The notes: generated from the letters alone by a model not told the origin. DNA of 64,000 nt from Methylocystis sp. (GCA_035624015.1 DASPSI010000049.1:6965-70964), one strand, 5' to 3'. Positions 20,317 to 31,031 are shown, counted from the first letter of the stretch. Translations and numbers: made by a program.

Positions 20317-21712
20317 GCTCTTTCGCACGACGGCGTTCAAGCTGTCGCTCGTTTATCTGGTGCTGTTCTCGCTCGGCGCGACGCTGGTGTTCGGGGTGGT
20401 CGCTTGGCGCGTGGAGAAGGTGTTCGACGAGGAGTTCAACCAGGCGATCGAGGCCGATGTGGATCCGCTGCTGATGGCTTTCGAGACCGGCGGTCGTTGG
20501 CGGCTCGAGCAGCTCATCAACATGCGTGTTCGCGAGTCCGGCAGCGCGCTGCTGCTGCTCACGAGCTTCACGGGCGACTACCTCGCGGGCAATTTCGCAG
20601 CCTCGCTCAAATTGCCCACGCAATCAGGCGCCTCCGTCGAGGTCGCATACAAGCATATCGGGTCTAGCGACCGCGAGCGGATCGGACTTATCCGCCTTTT
20701 CGTCCTCGACGGCGGGTTCCGGATTTATGTCGGCTATGACATCGAGGACCAGGTGGTGCTGCGCCGCATATTGAGCAAAGGGCTCGGCGCCTCGCTCTTG
20801 TGGCTCGTCTCGATCGGCACGCTCGGCGGCATATTCGTCGCGCACCGAATGCTGGAGCGCGTCGACGTCATGTCGGCCTCGGCGCGGCGGATCATGGCCG
20901 GCGATCTCGACCAGCGGCTGGAGGTGACCGGCGCGGGCGACGAGCTCGACCGCCTCGCTGAAAACCTCAACGCCATGCTCGAGCGCATCGGCGCGCTGAT
21001 GAGAGGACTGCGGGAGGTTTCGGACAACATTGCGCACGATCTCAAAACGCCGCTGACGCGCCTGCGCAACCGCGCCGATGAGGTCTTGCGCCGCGAAGCC
21101 TCGCAGGAGGAGTGCCGCGCGGCGCTCGCGTCCGTGATCGATGAGGCCGACGCCCTGATCGGCGTCTTTGATGCGCTGTTGCTCATCGCGCGGGCGGAGG
21201 CCGGCTATTCGAGCGACCTGATGGCGCCTTTCGACGCGAGCCAGACGGCGAACGACATCGCCGAGCTTTACGAGCCGCTGGCCGAGGAGCGCTGCGCTGC
21301 GCTTAAGACCTCGATCGAGCCGGGCCTCTATGCCGAAGGGCATCGCGAGCTCTTGGGCCGCGCCCTCGCTAATCTCGTCGACAATGCGCTGAAATATGGG
21401 CTCGAAGGAGAGGCGCCGACGATCGCGTTGGCGGCGCGCCGCGTCGGGCCGATGATCGAGCTTTCGGTCGCCGACCATGGTCCCGGAATCCCGGCGACGG
21501 ACTTGGAGCGCGTGACGGGCCGTTTCGTGCGGCTCGATAATGCGCGCAACCGCCCGGGATCGGGCCTCGGCCTGTCGCTGGCGGCGGCGGTCGCGCGCTT
21601 GCACCACGGCGCTCTGCGGCTCGAGGACAATCAGCCCGGATTGCGGGCGGTGATCGTGCTGCCGGGGGGGCGCGCGCCCGCCGAGGCAGAGACGACGGCG
21701 CGTCCCTCATAA
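20300..21712 (+). CDS. HAMP-domain sensor histidine kinase
   Basis: Two TM helices, HAMP, AHDLKTPL H-box, NLVDNALKY, DHGPGI, GSGLGL. Confidence 0.95.
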   Translation: MKPSSKLFRTTAFKLSLVYLVLFSLGATLVFGVVAWRVEKVFDEEFNQAIEADVDPLLMAFETGGRWRLEQLINMRVRESGSALLLLTSFTGDYLAGNFAASLKLPTQSGASVEVAYKHIGSSDRERIGLIRLFVLDGGFRIYVGYDIEDQVVLRRILSKGLGASLLWLVSIGTLGGIFVAHRMLERVDVMSASARRIMAGDLDQRLEVTGAGDELDRLAENLNAMLERIGALMRGLREVSDNIAHDLKTPLTRLRNRADEVLRREASQEECRAALASVIDEADALIGVFDALLLIARAEAGYSSDLMAPFDASQTANDIAELYEPLAEERCAALKTSIEPGLYAEGHRELLGRALANLVDNALKYGLEGEAPTIALAARRVGPMIELSVADHGPGIPATDLERVTGRFVRLDNARNRPGSGLGLSLAAAVARLHHGALRLEDNQPGLRAVIVLPGGRAPAEAETTARPS

Positions 21713-24057
21713 GGCGCGCGCGGCGCGCGCGCGCGCATTTCCTTGCCGATCTCGCGCAGGCGCGCGGCGGCGTCGCCTGGCTCCGCCTCCTCGGCCTGCG
21801 CGGGCAGGCGCAGCATGACGATCGTTCCGACGCCGAGGCGCGAGCGCAGACGCAAGGAGCCGCGATGCAAGTGCATGAGCGCTTTGGCGATCGCGAGACC
21901 GAGGCCGGATCCCTTCATGCCGTCTTCGATGACCGCGCGCGACTGGACGAAAGGCGCGCAAAGCCGCCCCAAGGCTTCACGCTCGACCCCCTGGCCGTTG
22001 TCCTCGACAAAGACGAGGATCGAATTGTGCGTCTTGCCCGCGCGCAGGCGAATGGTCCCGCCCTGCTGCGTGAACTTGATGCTGTTCGAGAGTAGAATGC
22101 CGAGCGTCTTGACGAGAGCGTCGTGATCGCCGGCGCAACGCAGATCTCCGTCGATCTTCACGTTCACGCCGATGCGCTTGTCTTGGGCGCGCTCGCGCCA
22201 ATTCCGCACGGCGTCGTCGACGACGCGGGCGACCTCGACTTCCCGATGGTCGAGCCTGACGCCGCCGGCCTCGAGCCGCGACATGTCCAGGATCGCCGAG
22301 AACACCTCGAGCAGATAGGCGCCGCTTCTTTTGATGTCGTGACAATATTCCCGATATTTAGGCGAGCCCAATTCGCCGAACGCCTGCTCGAGCATCATTT
22401 CGGAGAAGCCGATGATGGCGTTGAGCGGCGTCCTGAGCTCATGGCTCATATTGGCCAGAAACAGCGTCTTCGACAGATTGGCGGCCTCGGCCTCGGACTT
22501 CTGGATGTGGAGCTCCTCGGCGAGCGCTGCGAGCTGCTGTTTTTGCGTCTCCAAGGTTTGGCGCGATTGCATGAGGTCGGCGACGGCGCCGGTCAGGCGA
22601 AGTTGAGAATGACGCAGCGTTTCCTCGTTGTCCTTCAGCGTCGTGATGTCAGCGCCGACCGAGACGTAGCCTCCGTCCTTGGTGCGGCGCTCGTTGATTT
22701 GAAGCCAACGCCCGTCGGCGAGCCGCGCCCTGTAGCTGCGCGCGCGGCCGGTGAGGACCTCGCTCGTCGGATCGACATGGGCGAGCGGCGCCGCGCGGTC
22801 CATGATCTCGCGGTAGCTCGCGCCGGGCGCGGCGGCCTCCTGCGGCAGCTGATGCAGCTCGATGAATTTGGAGTTGCAGGCGACAAGGCGGTTCTGCGCG
22901 TCCCACAGCACGAAAGCTTCAGAAATAGCGTCGATGGCGTCGCGCAGCCGCAGATCGGCCTCGGCGGTCTGCTCCACGAGCGCCTTCTCTTCGGTGACGT
23001 CGATCGCTATGCCGACGAGACGCGCGCCGCCGCCGCGGGCGTCCTCGACAATCTCGGCGCGCGTGCGCAGCCAGACCCATGAGCCGTCGTCGCCGGCGAT
23101 ACGAAACTCGTGGTCGATCGTGCCGCTTTTCGTCGCTGCGGCCTTGCTCGCGAGGAGGATAAGTTCGCGGTCCTCGGGATGAAGCAGGGCGTCGAGCTCG
23201 GCGATGGAAAGGCAGCGCTGCTGGGCCTTGAGGCCGAGCATCTCGTACATCGAGTCGGACCAGAACACCTCGCCGCGGGCGATATCCCAGTCCCACAAGC
23301 CGCAGCGGGCGCGCGCCAGCGCAGTCTCCAGTCGGCGGCGGATGAGATGGTTGGCGCGCTCCAGCAGGCGTCGGCGCCTAGCCTGCCGGTGATGCGCGCC
23401 GAGCATGATGAGCAGGGCCGCGGCGACGGCCGCGACGAGCGCCGCGAGGCGCCAGGCGGCGCCACGCCAGGGCGCGAGCGCGGAGTCGAAGGAATGGATC
23501 AGCGCCACCTGTCCGAGCGGCGCCGGGAGATTGCGCACCGACACCAAAGCTTTGGAGCCGTCGGCGAGATCAAGCCGCAGCACGCCGGCCTTGTCGGCGA
23601 ATTGCAGCGCGATCGGGTCCTGCCCGAAAATGTCCCCTAGCGAGGCGTCGGCGTCGACCAGGGAAGGCCAGGCGGCGGCGACCTTGCCGCGCGCGTCGGA
23701 CACGAGGATCCGCCGACCGCGCGAAAGCTCCGGCGCAGGCGCGACTTGCGCCAGGGTCTCGCCGAGCTTGGAAATATCGCGTTCACCTGCTGCGGTTTCG
23801 CTGAGCTCGCGCGCCGTCGCCCGCGTCAGAATTTCGAGGTCGGCGGCTGCGTCGGACAGCAGCTTCTCGTCAAGGGAAAAGGCAAGCATGGCGGCGCAGA
23901 GCGCTGCGCCCAAGACCAGCAGGGCGCCCAGGAGAACGGCGGCATGATGAAAATTCTCGCCGCCAAGTTCTCGAACGTTGCGCTCTTCCGCCAAGCCGTA
24001 GCGGCGCCAGATGGTCTCTGCGCGACTCGTCGCTCTGGCGGCTGGCGCGGACGCCAT
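21631..24057 (-). CDS. pleC: PAS-domain cell-cycle histidine kinase, PleC-like
   Basis: Two TM helices, PAS (ARCGLWDWD), RLRDAIDAISEAFVLWD, FLANMSHELRTPLNAIIGFSEMM; near pepN as in Rhizobiales. Confidence 0.85.
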   Translation of the reverse strand: MASAPAARATSRAETIWRRYGLAEERNVRELGGENFHHAAVLLGALLVLGAALCAAMLAFSLDEKLLSDAAADLEILTRATARELSETAAGERDISKLGETLAQVAPAPELSRGRRILVSDARGKVAAAWPSLVDADASLGDIFGQDPIALQFADKAGVLRLDLADGSKALVSVRNLPAPLGQVALIHSFDSALAPWRGAAWRLAALVAAVAAALLIMLGAHHRQARRRRLLERANHLIRRRLETALARARCGLWDWDIARGEVFWSDSMYEMLGLKAQQRCLSIAELDALLHPEDRELILLASKAAATKSGTIDHEFRIAGDDGSWVWLRTRAEIVEDARGGGARLVGIAIDVTEEKALVEQTAEADLRLRDAIDAISEAFVLWDAQNRLVACNSKFIELHQLPQEAAAPGASYREIMDRAAPLAHVDPTSEVLTGRARSYRARLADGRWLQINERRTKDGGYVSVGADITTLKDNEETLRHSQLRLTGAVADLMQSRQTLETQKQQLAALAEELHIQKSEAEAANLSKTLFLANMSHELRTPLNAIIGFSEMMLEQAFGELGSPKYREYCHDIKRSGAYLLEVFSAILDMSRLEAGGVRLDHREVEVARVVDDAVRNWRERAQDKRIGVNVKIDGDLRCAGDHDALVKTLGILLSNSIKFTQQGGTIRLRAGKTHNSILVFVEDNGQGVEREALGRLCAPFVQSRAVIEDGMKGSGLGLAIAKALMHLHRGSLRLRSRLGVGTIVMLRLPAQAEEAEPGDAAARLREIGKEMRARAPRAPYEGRAVVSASAGARPPGSTITARNPG

Positions 24058-24162
24058 ACGCTTGCTCCCTTGGCGTTTTGAGGTTGGGAAGCGGCGCGTT
24101 CCCTGCGAATCACCTTCATCTGAATCCGCTTCGCGCGATTTGTCTAGAGTCGTTCAAAGAAA

Positions 24163-24178
24163 TTATTTCGATGTTAAC
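24163..24178. promoter_or_regulatory. CtrA-box-like site upstream of pleC
   Basis: TTAT-N7-TTAAC (consensus TTAA-N7-TTAAC), amid several GANTC sites. Confidence 0.5.
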
Positions 24179-24290
24179 TAATGTGACTTTGTTGCCACAC
24201 ATGTCGTGATTCGCATCGCTGGTCCGGATATTGCTTGTGCTTGGTGGGTCCATCTTCCGGCGCTTGCCGGCGAACCGCTATCGAGACGCA

Positions 24291-24518
24291 ATGCCGCTTT
24301 ATTCTTACAAATGCGAGGCCTGCGAGGCCGAGTTCGAGCTTCTGGTGCGCGCGTCCGAGGCGCCGAGCTGTCCCTCTTGCGGCAGCTCGGCGCTGACGCA
24401 GCAGATCGCGCGCATCAGCGCCGACATCCGCTATCCAAGGATCGCCAAGTCCTGGCGTCAGGCGGCGGCGCGCTCGGGCGATCTCTCGAACTTCAGCGCC
24501 GCGGAGCGCAAGCTTTAG
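24291..24518 (+). CDS. FmdB-family zinc ribbon protein
   Basis: MPLYSYKCEAC...FE...CPSCGS. Confidence 0.88.
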   Translation: MPLYSYKCEACEAEFELLVRASEAPSCPSCGSSALTQQIARISADIRYPRIAKSWRQAAARSGDLSNFSAAERKL

Positions 24519-24590
24519 AACTTTTTCGCGCCCTTCGAGCCTTCGTGGTTCGCGCGCCACAAAGGCGCTAAGGGCGTCAAGAGAGGGCGC

Positions 24591-25166
24591 TCATCCCTGC
24601 AGCGCGGCGACCCCGAAGAGCCATGGATGCAGCAGCAAGACCACCACATAAATGGCCGTTCCCGCCCCAATTGCGATGGCGTCGCCCCTGGTGAAGGAGT
24701 CGAGGCGCTCCGCTCCCATGTCGGCGCGCTTCTTTACCGCGATGCGGTCATAGACGGCCCACGCGAGGAAGGAGCCGAAAAGCAGCATGCCGCCGAGGTC
24801 CCCGTTGACGAGAAGATGCGCGAGCGCCCAAGTTTTCACGGCGACCAGCATCGGATGGCGAAGCCAGCCTCTGATCCGCGAAGGCGGCGCGCGACCGCTC
24901 GCGAGCGCCACGAAGGCGAGCCAGACCAGCAACATCGCGACGTGGCGGGTCCAATGTGGCGGGGTCCAGACAGGGATCATGCCCGCGGCGCGATAGGAGG
25001 CAAAGCCGAAGATGATGAGCGCGAGCCCGAGGGCGGCGACGAGCGAGTAGACCGCCTTGTAAGGACCCAAGCCAAAGCGCGCGATCAGGCTCGCGCGTAG
25101 CTCGCGAAAGCTGGCGAATGTGTGAACGCCAAGGAAGATGGCGATTCCAAAAATGAGAAGCGTCAT
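24591..25166 (-). CDS. NnrU-family membrane protein
   Basis: FLGVH, YKAVYSL, RHPML..WALAHLLVNGD. Confidence 0.9.
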   Translation of the reverse strand: MTLLIFGIAIFLGVHTFASFRELRASLIARFGLGPYKAVYSLVAALGLALIIFGFASYRAAGMIPVWTPPHWTRHVAMLLVWLAFVALASGRAPPSRIRGWLRHPMLVAVKTWALAHLLVNGDLGGMLLFGSFLAWAVYDRIAVKKRADMGAERLDSFTRGDAIAIGAGTAIYVVVLLLHPWLFGVAALQG

Positions 25167-25232
25167 GGCGTCCTGCTTTCCGATTGATGCTTGATTCTAC
25201 AGAGTCAAAAGTTTAGCCGCAATTGCAAAGCT

Positions 25233-25362
25233 CGTCATTGCGAGCCAAGCGAAGCAATCTAGGAGTCGCGCCAGCGCGCGTTGCGACATGCGCCTGTCGG
25301 CGGGACAACGTTTTGTCTTGCGTCCCCGATTCCTAGATTGCTGCGCTTGGCTCGCAATGACG
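25233..25362. repeat. Long palindromic element (GTCATTGCGAG...CTCGCAATGAC, RPE/RIME-like)
   Basis: 32-bp arms at 25233-25264 and 25331-25362 are inverted with one mismatch. Confidence 0.9.
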
Positions 25363-25376
25363 ACCGCCGACTTCGC

Positions 25377-28034
25377 TTACCCCAGCGCGCGCGTGGCGAT
25401 GTCGTTCACGTCGCGCGAAAGATTCGGCGCCGCGAGCACGCGCTTCAGCGCGGCTTCGGCGCGCTCGCGGCGGCGCGGCTCGAGCGAGCGCCAGGAGCGC
25501 AGCGACGACAACAGCCGCGCCGCGACCTGCGGGTTTTTCGGATCGAGCGCCAGCACGACCTCGGTCAGAATGTCGTAGCCCGAGCCGTCGAGCGCATGGA
25601 AGCGCGTCGGATTGCCGGCGGCGAACGCGCCGACGAGCGCGCGCGTCCGGTTCGGATTGGCGAGCGAGAAGTCCTTGTGCTTCATGAGGTCGCGCACAGC
25701 TTGCGTCGTCTCGGCCTCTGGAATCGTCGCCTGCAGCGAGAACCATTTGTCGATGACGAGCGCATCCTGCGCGAAGGCGTCATAGAAGGACGCGAAGGCT
25801 TTTTCGCGCGCCGTGCCGCCAAGCAGAGCGAGCGTCGCAAGCGCCGCCAGCCGATCGGTCATATTGCCCGCCGTATTGAGCTGCTCTTGCGCGAACATCC
25901 CCCCGCGGATGCTATCTCCTGCGGCGACGAGGTCGAGCGCGACGTTGCGCAAGGCGCGTTTCCCCGCGCTCGCGGCGTCGGGCGCGAAGGGGCCGTTGTC
26001 GGCGCAGCGCGCGTAGATTGCTTGCAGCTCGGGCCCGAGCGCCACGCCGATGTCGCGGCGTAGGCTCTTGCGCGCTTCGAACAGCACGTCGGGATCGACG
26101 TTGTCTCCCTGCTCGCGCGCGAGATCGATTTCGGTCGGCAGGGTCAGGGCCAGGGCGGTGAAAGCGGGGTCACCCTCAGCGTCACCGATGAGCCGCCGCA
26201 GCGCGGCGATAAAATCCTCGCCCGCGAGCGCTCCCGCATCCGCGCGCTCGCCGCGCCGCGCAGCCACGCGCGCGAAGATCGTGCGCAGCGCGAGGCTTTG
26301 CCCCGCTTGCCACCGGTTGAATGGGTCGTCGTCGAAGGCGAGTAGCCGCACGAGCTCTTCGGCGGCGGGCGCGGGCTCGGCGCGCACGGGCGCCGAGAAG
26401 CCGCGCAGCAGCGACAGCGCCGGCGGCGCGCCGACATTCTTGAATGTGATCGTCCGCTCGGCCTCGCTGAGCTCGAAGAGGCCCGACGCGCATTCGTGCT
26501 CGAGCGCGTCCTCGGCCTCGAGTTCTAGCTTCTCGCCATTGTCGCCAAAGAGCGCGAGCGAGATCGGAATGAGCTGCGGCTTCTTCTCGTCCTGACCCGG
26601 AGTTGGCGGCGTCTGTTGCGCGAGCTTCAGCGTGAAGGTCTTTTTGTCGGCGTCGAAGCGCGTCTCGACCTTGAGGCAGGGCGTCCCGGCCTGGTCGTAC
26701 CAAAGTGCGAAGTGCGCCAGGTCACGCCCCGAGCTCTCAGCGAAGCAGGAAAGGAAATCTTCGATCGTCGCCGCGGCGCCGTCGAAGCGGGTAAAATATA
26801 TGTCCATGCCGCGCGCGAAGGCGTCATCGCCAATCAGCATCTTCAGCATGCGGATAATCTCGGCGCCCTTCTCATAGACGGTCGCTGTGTAAAAGTTGTT
26901 GATCTCGCGATAGGTCTGCGGGCGGACCGGATGCGCCAGAGGCCCCGCGTCTTCCGGGAACTGGGCGAGGCGCAGGCCGCGCACGTCGCTGATGCGCTTG
27001 ACGGCGCGCGACCGCTCGTCGCTCGAGAACTCCTGGTCGCGGAAGACGGTCAGGCCTTCCTTGAGGCACAGCTGGAACCAGTCGCGGCAAGTGATGCGGT
27101 TGCCGGTCCAATTGTGGAAATATTCATGCGCGATGACGGCCTCGATCCCCGCATAGTCGCCGTCGGTCGCGGTTTCGGGCGAGGCCAGCACATATTTGTC
27201 GTTGAAGATGTTGAGGCCCTTGTTCTCCATCGCGCCCATGTTGAAGGCCGACACCGCGACGATGTTGAACACGTCGAGATCATATTCACGCTTGAACACG
27301 CGCTCGTCCCAGCGCATGGCGCGAATGAGCGCGTCCATCGCATATTCGGCGCGCGCCTCCTTGCCGTGCTCCGTGTAGATGGCGAGCTTCACCTTGCGCC
27401 CGGAAGCGGTCGCGAAATCGCGCGCGATATGGGCGAGATCGCCGCCGACGAGCGCGAAGAGATAGGAGGGCTTCGGGTGGGGATCGCGCCAGAGCGCGAA
27501 GTGACGGCCATTTTCCAGCTCGCCGGAGTCGACGAGATTGCCGTTGCTGAGCAGCACCGGCGCTTCTTTTTTGTTGGCCTCGATGCGCGTCGCATAGAGG
27601 CTGAGCACGTCGGGGCGATCGAGGAAATAGGCGATGCGACGGAAGCCCTCGGCTTCGCATTGCGTGCAATAGGTCGAGTCGGAGCGGTAGAGGCCCGAGA
27701 GCGCGGTGTTGCCCTGAGGGTCGATCTCGGTGTCGATCTCGAGCGCGAACGGACCCGGCGGCGGCGCATGCACCGTCAGTCCTTCCGGAAACGTCTCGAA
27801 TTCGGCGGCGTCGAGCGTGCGCCCGTCGAGCCTTATTCCGAGCGGCGTTAGTCCGTCGCCGTCGAGTGTCAGCGGCGCGTCCGCGCGACCTTTGGGATTG
27901 CGCCGCAGAGACAGTCTCGCGGAAACCCGCGTCTGCGTCGGATGCAGCGAGATGTCGAGCTCAACGCTCTCGATGAGGAAATCCGGCGGCTGATAGTCGG
28001 TGAGGCGGATGATCTGTGCGGGAGGATTGCGCAT
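25377..28034 (-). CDS. pepN: Aminopeptidase N
   Basis: TQCEAEGFR, GAMENKGLN, HEYFHNWTGNRITCRDWFQLCLKEG. Confidence 0.99.
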   Translation of the reverse strand: MRNPPAQIIRLTDYQPPDFLIESVELDISLHPTQTRVSARLSLRRNPKGRADAPLTLDGDGLTPLGIRLDGRTLDAAEFETFPEGLTVHAPPPGPFALEIDTEIDPQGNTALSGLYRSDSTYCTQCEAEGFRRIAYFLDRPDVLSLYATRIEANKKEAPVLLSNGNLVDSGELENGRHFALWRDPHPKPSYLFALVGGDLAHIARDFATASGRKVKLAIYTEHGKEARAEYAMDALIRAMRWDERVFKREYDLDVFNIVAVSAFNMGAMENKGLNIFNDKYVLASPETATDGDYAGIEAVIAHEYFHNWTGNRITCRDWFQLCLKEGLTVFRDQEFSSDERSRAVKRISDVRGLRLAQFPEDAGPLAHPVRPQTYREINNFYTATVYEKGAEIIRMLKMLIGDDAFARGMDIYFTRFDGAAATIEDFLSCFAESSGRDLAHFALWYDQAGTPCLKVETRFDADKKTFTLKLAQQTPPTPGQDEKKPQLIPISLALFGDNGEKLELEAEDALEHECASGLFELSEAERTITFKNVGAPPALSLLRGFSAPVRAEPAPAAEELVRLLAFDDDPFNRWQAGQSLALRTIFARVAARRGERADAGALAGEDFIAALRRLIGDAEGDPAFTALALTLPTEIDLAREQGDNVDPDVLFEARKSLRRDIGVALGPELQAIYARCADNGPFAPDAASAGKRALRNVALDLVAAGDSIRGGMFAQEQLNTAGNMTDRLAALATLALLGGTAREKAFASFYDAFAQDALVIDKWFSLQATIPEAETTQAVRDLMKHKDFSLANPNRTRALVGAFAAGNPTRFHALDGSGYDILTEVVLALDPKNPQVAARLLSSLRSWRSLEPRRRERAEAALKRVLAAPNLSRDVNDIATRALG

Positions 28035-28234
28035 CTTAAGCGGCGAAGGTTTGAGGGCGGGACAAGGATCATATAGGTTTCCCTTTGTCTGTCATCCGCG
28101 CCGACTCGTCCAGGGCAAGGCGAGAACGAGCCGGGGCGCCTCAAAACGTTGGCGGAACCTCGAAAGGAGCTGGTCTGGTTCTTTCGCCCGCCATGGTGTA
28201 ACGCGTGGGGCTCAAAGCTCCACGGGGAGATCGA

Positions 28235-29293
28235 ATGAGCGAGGACGCGGGCGAAGCCAAGGAAAAGAAAGGGTTGTTCTCCCGTCTGTTCGGGCGCGCC
28301 GAGACTTTCCGGGAAGTCGCGGGCGGGGAGGTTGCGCCCGGGGACCGGGAGCCGGAGCCGCAAAAGCGCAGCTGGCGCGAGCGGCTGTTCGGCGGCCTGT
28401 TCCGCTCGTCCCAGGCGATCGCCAAGGGCATCGGCGAGATTCTAACTAAGCGCAAGCTTGACGCGCTCACGCTCGAGGAGCTTGAGGACGTGCTGCTGCG
28501 CGCCGATTTGGGCGTCGCCGCCGCGCAGCGCATCACCAAGGCGGTGGGGGCGGCGCGCTACGAAAAGGACATCGAGCCCGAGGCGGTGCGCAGGATCCTC
28601 GCCGGTGAGGTCGAGCGCATATTGACCGAGGTCGCACGGCCCCTGGAGATCGACGCCAACAAGCGCCCTTTCGTTGTGCTCGTCGTCGGCGTCAACGGCT
28701 CGGGCAAGACGACGACGATCGCCAAGCTTGCCGCCAAATGGCGCGCGGAGGGCAAGCGCGTCGTGCTCGCGGCCGGCGACACGTTTCGGGCCGCGGCCGT
28801 GCATCAGCTGCATGTCTGGGGAGAGCGCCTCGGCGCCAGGGTGGTCTCTGGCAAGGAGGGCGCCGACGCCGCGGGCCTCGCCTTCGACGCCATCAAGACC
28901 GCGCGGGAAGACGGCGCCGAGTTACTGCTCATGGACACCGCCGGGCGGCTGCAGAACCGCGCCGAGCTCATGGCCGAGCTTGAAAAGATCGTGCGTGTCA
29001 TGAAAAAGGCAGACCCGGAGGCGCCGCATGCGACGCTGCTCGTGCTCGACGCCACCGTCGGCCAGAACGCGCTGACGCAGGTCGACGTGTTCGGCAAGAC
29101 GGCCGGCGTCACCGGCCTCGTCATGACCAAGCTCGACGGCACGGCGCGCGGCGGCATTCTCGTCGCCATCGCTGAGACCTACGGCCTACCGATCCACTTC
29201 GTGGGCGTCGGCGAAAGCGCCGACGATCTCGAACCATTCACGGCGCGCGATTTCGCGCGCGCTATCGCGGGGCTGGAGCCCGAGGACGCATGA
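28235..29293 (+). CDS. ftsY: SRP receptor FtsY
   Basis: GVNGSGKTTT, DTFRAAA, DTAGR, TKLDGTARGG. Confidence 0.98.
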   Translation: MSEDAGEAKEKKGLFSRLFGRAETFREVAGGEVAPGDREPEPQKRSWRERLFGGLFRSSQAIAKGIGEILTKRKLDALTLEELEDVLLRADLGVAAAQRITKAVGAARYEKDIEPEAVRRILAGEVERILTEVARPLEIDANKRPFVVLVVGVNGSGKTTTIAKLAAKWRAEGKRVVLAAGDTFRAAAVHQLHVWGERLGARVVSGKEGADAAGLAFDAIKTAREDGAELLLMDTAGRLQNRAELMAELEKIVRVMKKADPEAPHATLLVLDATVGQNALTQVDVFGKTAGVTGLVMTKLDGTARGGILVAIAETYGLPIHFVGVGESADDLEPFTARDFARAIAGLEPEDA

Positions 29294-29931
29294 TGACCGA
29301 AGACGCCGCAGTGAACGAGACCGCCGAGACGCAGGCCGCGGCGACGAAGCCGCACGCGCCGCGGCTTAATCCGGGACTGAAGCTCGCGCTGGAGTTCGGT
29401 CCGTTGGCGCTGTTCTTCGTCGCCAATCATTTTTACGGCATCTTCGCCGCGACCGCGACGCTGATGGTTTGCGTTTGCGTGGCGCTCGCGATTTCCTATG
29501 CCATCACCAGGCGCATGCCGATGATGCCGATGGTCACGGCGGCGCTGGTGCTGGTGTTCGGCGCGCTCACGTTCTTCTTGCAGGACGAGACCTTCATAAA
29601 ACTGAAGGTGACGATCCTCTATGCGATGTTCGGGTCGGCGCTCCTCGGCGCGCTCTATTTCAACCGCCTGCTGTTGCCGATCATCTTCGATGCGGCGCTG
29701 CATCTCGACGACGAGGGCTGGCGCAAGCTCACCTGGCGCTGGAGCTTCTTCTTCTTCTTTCTTGCCGGCTTGAACGAGGTGCTGCGGCATGTGCTTTCGA
29801 CCGACGCCTGGGTCAATTTCAAGGTGTTCGGCATCCTGCCGCTGACCTTCCTGTTCGTGCTGACGCAGACGCCGCTGATGCTGCGCCACGAGATCAAGCC
29901 AGAGGACGACGTCTCGGAGACGCATTTTTAG
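29290..29931 (+). CDS. ispZ: Inner membrane septation protein IspZ/YciB
   Basis: LEFGPL.LFF, DETFIKLK.T, WVNFKVFG. Confidence 0.93.
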   Translation: MMTEDAAVNETAETQAAATKPHAPRLNPGLKLALEFGPLALFFVANHFYGIFAATATLMVCVCVALAISYAITRRMPMMPMVTAALVLVFGALTFFLQDETFIKLKVTILYAMFGSALLGALYFNRLLLPIIFDAALHLDDEGWRKLTWRWSFFFFFLAGLNEVLRHVLSTDAWVNFKVFGILPLTFLFVLTQTPLMLRHEIKPEDDVSETHF

Positions 29932-30014
29932 GCTCGGCTTGACAGCTGCGGAAGCCCGCGACATTCGTGACAGCGGCCGCAGGCAAGCGAGAGACCGTCA
30001 ACGCAGGAAGGATT

Positions 30015-30983
30015 ATGCCGGACACGCCCGCAAAACCGCCGCTCAAAATCCTGCTTTGCTCGCCGCGCGGCTTTTGCGCCGGCGTCGTGCGCGCGATCGA
30101 CGCCGTCGAGCGCGCGCTTGCGATCCACGGCGCGCCGGTCTATGTGCGCCACGAAATCGTCCACAACCGCTATGTCGTCGAGACGCTGAAGGCCAAGGGC
30201 GCCATCTTCGTCGAGGAGCTCTCGGAAATTCCCGACACCGCGGCCCCGGTGATCTTCTCGGCCCATGGCGTGCCGAAAGCCGTGCAGGCTGAAGCCGGCG
30301 AGCGCGGTCTGCTCGCGATCGACGCCACCTGTCCGCTTGTCACCAAGGTGCATCGCGAGGCGGAGATCCATTTCCGCCGCGGGCGGCGCGTGGTGCTCGT
30401 CGGCCACGCCGGCCACCCTGAGGTCGTCGGCACCATGGGGCAACTCCCCCCCGGAGCAGTCATACTGGTCGAATCCGTCGCGGACGTTCAAGCTCTGCGC
30501 GTCGACGACGAGAACAACCTCGCCTATGTGACACAGACCACGCTGTCGATCGACGATTCGCAAGAAGTCGTCGAGGCTTTGACGAAGCGTTTCCCGTCGA
30601 TTGTCGGCCCGCATCGCGAGGACATCTGCTACGCCACCACCAACCGCCAGGCGGCGGTCAAGGAGGTTGCGCCGAGGGTCGACGCCGTGCTCGTCGTCGG
30701 CTCGCCCAACTCCTCCAACTCCCAGCGCCTGCGCGAGGTGGCCGAACGCGCCGGCGCTCCGGCGCAGCTCGTGCAGGGCCGCAACGAGATCGACTGGGGC
30801 CTATTCGGCAAGGTCGCCGTTCTCGGCATCACCGCCGGCGCCTCCGCGCCGGAGGTGCTCGTCGAGGAGATCATGGACGCCTTCGCCGAGCGTTTCGAGA
30901 TCAGCGTCGAGGGCGTTCCGGCCGCATCCGAGAACGTGTCTTTCCCACTGCCAAAAGAGCTGAGGGCGTCAGATGACAGATGA
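30015..30983 (+). CDS. ispH: HMBPP reductase
   Basis: [33 protein letters not shown]. Confidence 0.99.
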   Translation: MPDTPAKPPLKILLCSPRGFCAGVVRAIDAVERALAIHGAPVYVRHEIVHNRYVVETLKAKGAIFVEELSEIPDTAAPVIFSAHGVPKAVQAEAGERGLLAIDATCPLVTKVHREAEIHFRRGRRVVLVGHAGHPEVVGTMGQLPPGAVILVESVADVQALRVDDENNLAYVTQTTLSIDDSQEVVEALTKRFPSIVGPHREDICYATTNRQAAVKEVAPRVDAVLVVGSPNSSNSQRLREVAERAGAPAQLVQGRNEIDWGLFGKVAVLGITAGASAPEVLVEEIMDAFAERFEISVEGVPAASENVSFPLPKELRASDDR

Positions 30984-31031
30984 CAGAAGAAGACCAAATC
31001 TGTCCTCTGTCCTCTGTCATCCGTCATCTGA
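30969..31031. repeat. Inverted heptamer tandem-repeat hairpin overlapping the ispH stop
   Basis: TCAGA TGACAGA TGACAGA AGAAGA ... TCTGTCC TCTGTCC TCTGTCA TCCGTCA TCTGA. Confidence 0.8.
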
